A stretch of 64,000 bases of DNA from Vicugna vicugna. Taxonomy: Eukaryota. Where the stretch lies: NCBI GenBank assembly GCA_013265495.1, contig MU058337.1:312001-376000 (forward strand). The letters run 5' to 3'. Below, piece after piece: positions 58,380-64,000 of this stretch (within the stretch, counting starts at the first letter, position 1; each line of letters opens with the position of its first letter). The position numbers were made by a program, and so were the translations under genes. The notes under the pieces were generated by a model. The model had not been told where the DNA came from and made no database searches. It was given only the letters and a program-made list of their open reading frames with translations.

Positions 58380-59340
58380 AACTTCCGTGTTTGATAAAGG
58401 TGATGTTTCATGTCAATGAGGAAAACATAGATTGTTTAATAAGAGGTTTGGAGACAGCTGTGTCATCATCTAGAAAACAGACACTCATTTTGGAACCTAC
58501 TCTTACTGCTTAAACCAAATATATTTCAGGTAAAGCAGATACTTAAAAGAAAACAAAGCCATGAAAGAATCCAGATTTAGGGGAAGGGTGTTTTAAGTAT
58601 TGAAAACAAAGCCAAAACTAGAAGCCGCAGAAGAAAAGGTTGCTAAATATAGTTTATAACATTTACAAAAATCCTCTGCAGTAAACACCGTGAATCAAAG
58701 GAGATGACACAGGAAAAACATCTGTCACAAAACAGCCGAAAAGTGACTCTTGTCTTTATCACATGAAGAGCTTCCATGAGGAAGGCTGTCAGCTAGAAAT
58801 ACATAACAAATACGACTGTGTGTGAAAATGTTCGAAAACATGTAAGACAGGTCAGCGAAAACACACAGCTATTAAACGTATAAAACGGCATCTTCCTCAT
58901 CCGTAACAAAGACAAACTCAAGCTCTCACGTTTGCAAACCAAAGCTTTGAGACTACGTTGTGTTGATGAGAATGTGAGAAAATAGGTATTCTCATGCTTT
59001 CTTGAAGGCAAATATTTATATCCTGTATACATTGACCTTCCATGGGGGGCAATAGCAATAGGTATCAAACTTCAACATGTATTTATGCTCTGGCCAGGCT
59101 GTTGAATTTTCAGGGACTTGTCTCTCAGAGGTTGTCACACATACAGGAAAACATGTATGTACAAGCACAGTTACTGTAAAGCTGCACTTTGACAAAGAGA
59201 AGAAGTATCTTAGATGTCGCAGAGGTTTAGTTCCACACATGAAGGTTTATCAGCCCCTGACAACGTAGGACTATTTTTAAAAAAAGACGTTTCTATATTT
59301 ATCAGTTGGGAAGTATCTTTGACATATATCAAGTAGAATG
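58380..59340 (+). mobile_element. Old L1ME-like 3' fragments
   Basis: TTTGATAAAGGTG...GTTTAATAA and GTTGATGAGAATGTGAGAAAATAGGTATTCTCATGC...GGGCAATAGCAATAGGTATCAAA. Confidence 0.6.
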
Positions 59341-61600
59341 ACAGATAGAAATCTGCAGGACGCTGTGAGGATTCCTTCACTGTACATTTTTTAAGGGAGG
59401 CACACGCCAGTATGCTTACACATGCCACCCCGTCTCCTCCAGACCACGCGGCAACGGCCAGGGCGGCTCCTCCCGGGAGGGAGGCTGAGGGTCTCAGTTC
59501 TGTTGAAAACAGGAAGGACCGATGGGTGAAGTACCTGTTTATACTAATGACTGCAATCACCGTAGTCCTCAGTGTTTCCCAGCGTTCCTGCCATGACTGC
59601 TCGGGGTGTAAGAAATGTTACTGCCTTGGGTATGTGACTGGTAGTAACTATCCTTCTGGTAAGAAACCAAACATTATTTTTATATTGATTTTGGTGTTTT
59701 TGTTATTAGGTACACAGAAATAAAATGTTTTAAAATAAAAATGTCTGTTTATTTTTTTAAAATGTACATGAGTGATACCAGTTTAATCACACTGGAATTT
59801 TGTTGGAGTTAAGGGATTACATTTCATCGAAACAGCCTAGATGAAGAAGCGCTGACTGTCGTCTCGGCACATTTTCGTGATGGCTGAATTTACCTGGCAT
59901 TCATGTTTGCCACGAGAGCTAAATAAGCTAAATTCAAGCTATGGTTTGTGTTTGTTTTTCAGGAATAAGTGCTAATTCTAAGAGCCTTGTCTAATGACAA
60001 CAGAGACCCACCGCTTTCTCTGTTTCTTGATTTTTGTTTTTTAACACACTCAGATATTGGCCCTAGTATTGTAAATATAGATTGAAAAGGTAAGATCTGG
60101 CTTGTTCAAGATGGATACTCTAGATTAACGAGGATATGGAAGATTAAAGGGCACAGTAATTGCCAAATGGCTTTAGCCTCCACTCAGCAGCATTGTTTGT
60201 CTTGGAGAAGACAGCCTCCTCCTCCCTGAAGCGTCTCACGATGGTGGCTCCCCAGACTTTCCTGGGTCTCCTTCAACGTGGACGTCTTCATTGAAGGAGT
60301 TTCCCCCTTTGTATACATAGGAATCCTCATGTAAAGTCAGCGTAACCTTTTTTTAGCAGAGAAACTTGCTGATGTATTTCTTATACTATTGTCTCCCAAG
60401 AGTAAGTTTATTGGCAGGTAGTCAGCAAAATGCCTTTTCAGACGGTCTGTTAACAACCAGACTCAAATGCCTACCTTGTTAGGAGCAGCGGCCTGACTCG
60501 TGATTCACTGAACGGGACAATAAATTTCCACCTTATTTGATTTTGTTAATTAGTGTAAATGAGATCACGGTAGGAGCAGTTGCTAATTATCGGTTACCAT
60601 CAAACACCTGTTGGGAGAGGCGGAGACGATATGCATAATTTTAATCACCCTCATCTATTAGAAAATAGTGAGAACGAAGGGGCGACACTTCTCAGGGTCC
60701 AGTTTTGTTTAGCATCACTGTTTAAAACGAAATTCCATACGTGTGGAGAGACATATGTGTAAGGATGCTCACCGTGATATTTGCAATAGGAGAAAACTGG
60801 GAACAATCTAAATGGTTAAGTAAAATAAAGTAGTTCCTATAATGATATGAGAGACAGCTATTAAATTATTGAGGAAGAAGGTTTAATAGCATGCAATGTA
60901 TGCAAAATGATATAACCAGTATGCAGTATAATATGAACACCAATTATATGTAAGGGCAATAATCATGAGTGCTTCCTTTTCTTTGTGTTTTTCTGAATTT
61001 TCTAGTACTTCTGCACTGAGGGGAAAATTCCAGGAAAATGAAATTGGTAATGAACTTAAAAATGAGATACTGAACACTGACACTGAAATCAGAAATCTTA
61101 TTTTTTTCTCTTCTGGTGAAATTCCTAAGATATGTACATTTCTTATTATGGCCTACTTAATTTGTCAGCTTCCTTTTCTAATGATTCCTTCATGTATTTC
61201 ATAGGGTTTCACTACTGGAAAAACGGGAGTTACGTTTTTTCAAACTGTAAGTTGTTAGGTGCCATCTGGTTCTAATTCACTGATGATCCAGCTGATACCA
61301 GGTAGGGTCCGTGGTACATAGACCTGCACTCCAGTCCTGCTGATGTGGAGTGGCTGGCTGGCCCGACTGCAGAACAGAATGAATAGGATATAATGAGAGT
61401 AAGCCTTATGTACATAGTTTTCTATGTTCTTTAGACAAAGAATTGATTTTGTAGCACAGTATATCAGAATAAAGTAAGATAAAAAATTCACCATGTGTCC
61501 TTTGTGTAAATAACAGGACTATAAATTATGAAGCTAGCAATGTACATCAAATGCATTGTAACTGAGTCATATGATTATTGGTTTCTTCGGTCCTCTCTCA

Positions 61601-62104
61601 GAAAAATGCCATTTGTGCAACATGGATGGACCTAGAGATTATCTCACTAAGTGAAGTAAGTGAGACAAAAACAAATACCACATGACATCACTTATATGTG
61701 CGATCCAAAATATGATACAAATGAATCCAAAATATGATACAAAACATGATACAAATATGGTTCTTATTTACAAAACAGAAACAGACTCACAGACATAGAA
61801 AGCATGTCCCCTATGGTTACCAAAGAGGAATGGGGGTGGGGGAGGGACAAATTAGGAGTTTGGGATTAGCAGATACAAACGGCTCTATATAGAACAGACA
61901 AACAACAAGGTCCTACTGTAGAGCACAGGGAACTATATTCAATATCAGTAATAACCCATAATGGAAAAGACTGGAAAAAAATGTATATATGTACCTGTAT
62001 AACTGAATCACTTTGGTGTACACTAGGAACTAACACAACGTTGTAAATCAACTGCACTTCAATAAAAATGCTACTCCTGCTAAAAACAAAACAAACAAAC
62101 AAAA
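61601..62104 (+). mobile_element. L1 3' end, cetartiodactyl-type, with A-rich (AAAC)n tail
   Basis: CATGGATGGACCTAGAGATTATC...AACAACAAGGTCCTACTGTAGAGCACAGGGAACTATATTCAAT...CTTCAATAAAA. Confidence 0.9.
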
Positions 62105-63239
62105 GATCCCCTCTCAGGAACATTTAGGATGAGCTTAATGACAAGGTACAGTTTAGCACTTCTGTGTTAACCAAAAATCTAGCTCACAGCTTGTGCCTGT
62201 TCAGGGCAACAAATAAGAATCAGAAGGGAGACAGCCACTGGAACAAATAGTGTCCTGAGACTGAGAAACCACTGAACACCATGTCTGGGCATTCTGTGCA
62301 AGATCGAACCTTCCTTGGAACCTTCACTCATGATTTACCAGTAATCTCCATCATCTATTCACCACGGCCTCCTCTTTAATGCTCAAATTATGCTTCAGTT
62401 TCTCACCACGAAATCTTTGTTCTAATCAACAGGTTTCCCAGTGGCCCCTCAGTCTATAATAAATCATTCTGGTAAAAAACCGGGAAGGACATATTTATCA
62501 TTATTCTGTATACCCTTCCTTATTTTATAGAGACTCGAGAGCACCCTTGACCCTCCCCTCTGCCTGGAAATGCCCATCATGTTTCCTGTGGCTCGTTCCC
62601 CTCTCACCTTCTCCTACATCCTCCTCTAATCTTTCCTTTCTCTGGACTCCTATTGAATTTCTAGGCTAAACCAAAAAATGTGGTACTTAAGCATTCTCTC
62701 TTTTATCTATAGCTATAATAGTCTTAATAGTTCCTTCAGGGAAGTTTAACCTTTTACCTATATTTTGGGGGGTTCCCACTTCAGTTATAACTTACAGAGG
62801 TATATAATAAATGCCTATCCTTAACTGATTAGCGATCAGTGTACTGTTATACTCTGATATTTGTATTTTTATCTTAGTAGTGTTTGATAAAAAATAGTTA
62901 ACAGTGCCCCAAAGTTGCTAAGTAAATATTATTCCATAGGACTCTGATGACGAATAATTGATGGAACTGATTATTTCTCATAGATGTTTAGGAAAAAAAA
63001 AAACTTCATGGTGGGGCAATAATGTCGAATTTCGAAGGAAAAAAGTTTGGACTAACAAAAAATGAACAGAAGGAGGAATTGAAATTAACTCTGGAAAATA
63101 TCCAAAAACGAACCACAGAAATGAGGTGGTTTGCATGTTCGCAGTGGAGGCTGGGAACTGTTAGAAGCAGGAAGCACCTGCTACCAGTTTTGGGTTGTGC
63201 TAGGCTGGCGGCTGCGGGCTTGGACTCTGCAGCCGGCGT

Positions 63240-63441
63240 GCCCGGTCTAACGCCACCGGCTGCACGGCTCTGGGTTCGGAGGTGACTAAGCAGCTCTGTG
63301 ACCTCGGGCTGTTCCCTTAGTACCTCCGAAATTAAACACACTTCTAGGTAACATTGGGAATATACGGACCTACCCCATGGGGTTCCAGTGAAGATTAAAT
63401 GAGTTAGTACCTGTAAAGGACTTCAAGTAGTTGCTTAGCAC
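63240..63441 (+). mobile_element. MIR SINE
   Basis: CTGGGTTC...CTGTGACCTCGGGC...GTGAAGATTAAATGAGTTAGTACCTGTAAAGGACTT. Confidence 0.6.
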
Positions 63442-63564
63442 CAGGGACAGGTACATATTTGTGAGGCCTGAAGCTTATAAAATTTTCTGTCTCCTCTCTA
63501 CAGAAATGTTTTTGAAAAGTAAGAATACAAAATTAGATTTGAAATCCAGTGATGTCATTGGGAA

Positions 63565-64000
63565 AACATAAAAACAAGAACACTGACAAAAAACTTGTCA
63601 AGACCAACTTTTGGTTAGCACTCTGGTGATCAACTAAAGGCTTGAAAAAATCCAGGGAAGGTTTATTCAATGCAAATGGCTGAGTTTTGGTAAGAGGGGC
63701 GAGCTCTGTGGTATCTTCTCTTGCCCTGTGCCCATCCTCCTCTCCTTAATTTCATGGCAGCCTTGCAAAGCAGCCTCCCAGGGACGGTGAACACCAGCCT
63801 CCCACAGGCACTGGAGGGGTCAGACAGGGCTGGAGCCCCTCAAAGCCCCTTTCTCTGTGAGTTGTCACTATTTGGCCCATCTGGCCATTTGTTGGAAAAG
63901 CCAAATATGAGGCTTATTTTAATTTTGCTGGATTCAGACATAGCCCAGGCAAGCACCCCAAACCCTGCAAGCGTTCATGGGAAACAATCAGGGGCAGCTG
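63565..64000 (+). mobile_element. Probable 5' region of an old L1M element, running off the window
   Basis: AACTTTTGGTTAGCACTCTGG...GTTTATTCAA...GAGCTCTGTGGTATC...CACTGGAGGGGTCAGACAGGGCTGGAGC resembles L1MC/MD 5' ends from recall. Confidence 0.5.

Noticed and set aside
60297..61036. Isolated kB-like (60297-60306) and GAS (61028-61036) motifs
   Set aside because: Scattered single motifs near old L1 sequence, at about the frequency expected by chance.

Overview
Mammalian genomic DNA, most likely a camelid (alpaca, llama or camel). The species call rests on a tRNA-derived SINE at about 35.56-35.72 kb that matches the Vic-1 type as I recall it, plus cetartiodactyl-type L1 3' ends. The window holds the conserved head-to-head gene pair ABHD13 (minus strand, 337-aa CDS 25535-26548 in one coding exon, non-coding exon 1 in the CpG island at about 40.5-40.7 kb, roughly 4 kb 3'UTR) and LIG4 (plus strand, 911-aa CDS 46547-49282 in one coding exon, 5'UTR exons in a second CpG island at about 43 kb). 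By human synteny TNFSF13B (BAFF) should lie to the left of the window; I saw no BAFF coding exon inside it. The rest is largely interspersed repeats (L1, L2, MIR, MaLR and ERV LTRs, hAT elements), several with readable target-site duplications (TSDs). Repeat family names are from recall, not from a database search. I found no evidence of a novel multi-gene system. The most interesting unexplained signals are: (1) focal AT-to-GC converted patches in both CDSs and in an old L1, suggesting GC-biased gene conversion; (2) a 26-codon uORF in ABHD13 exon 1; (3) a nested ERV LTR with a duplicated ETS/RUNX unit; (4) a PU.1/NF-kB/AP-1 motif cluster on the TNFSF13B side; (5) a CTCF-like site with its upstream module.
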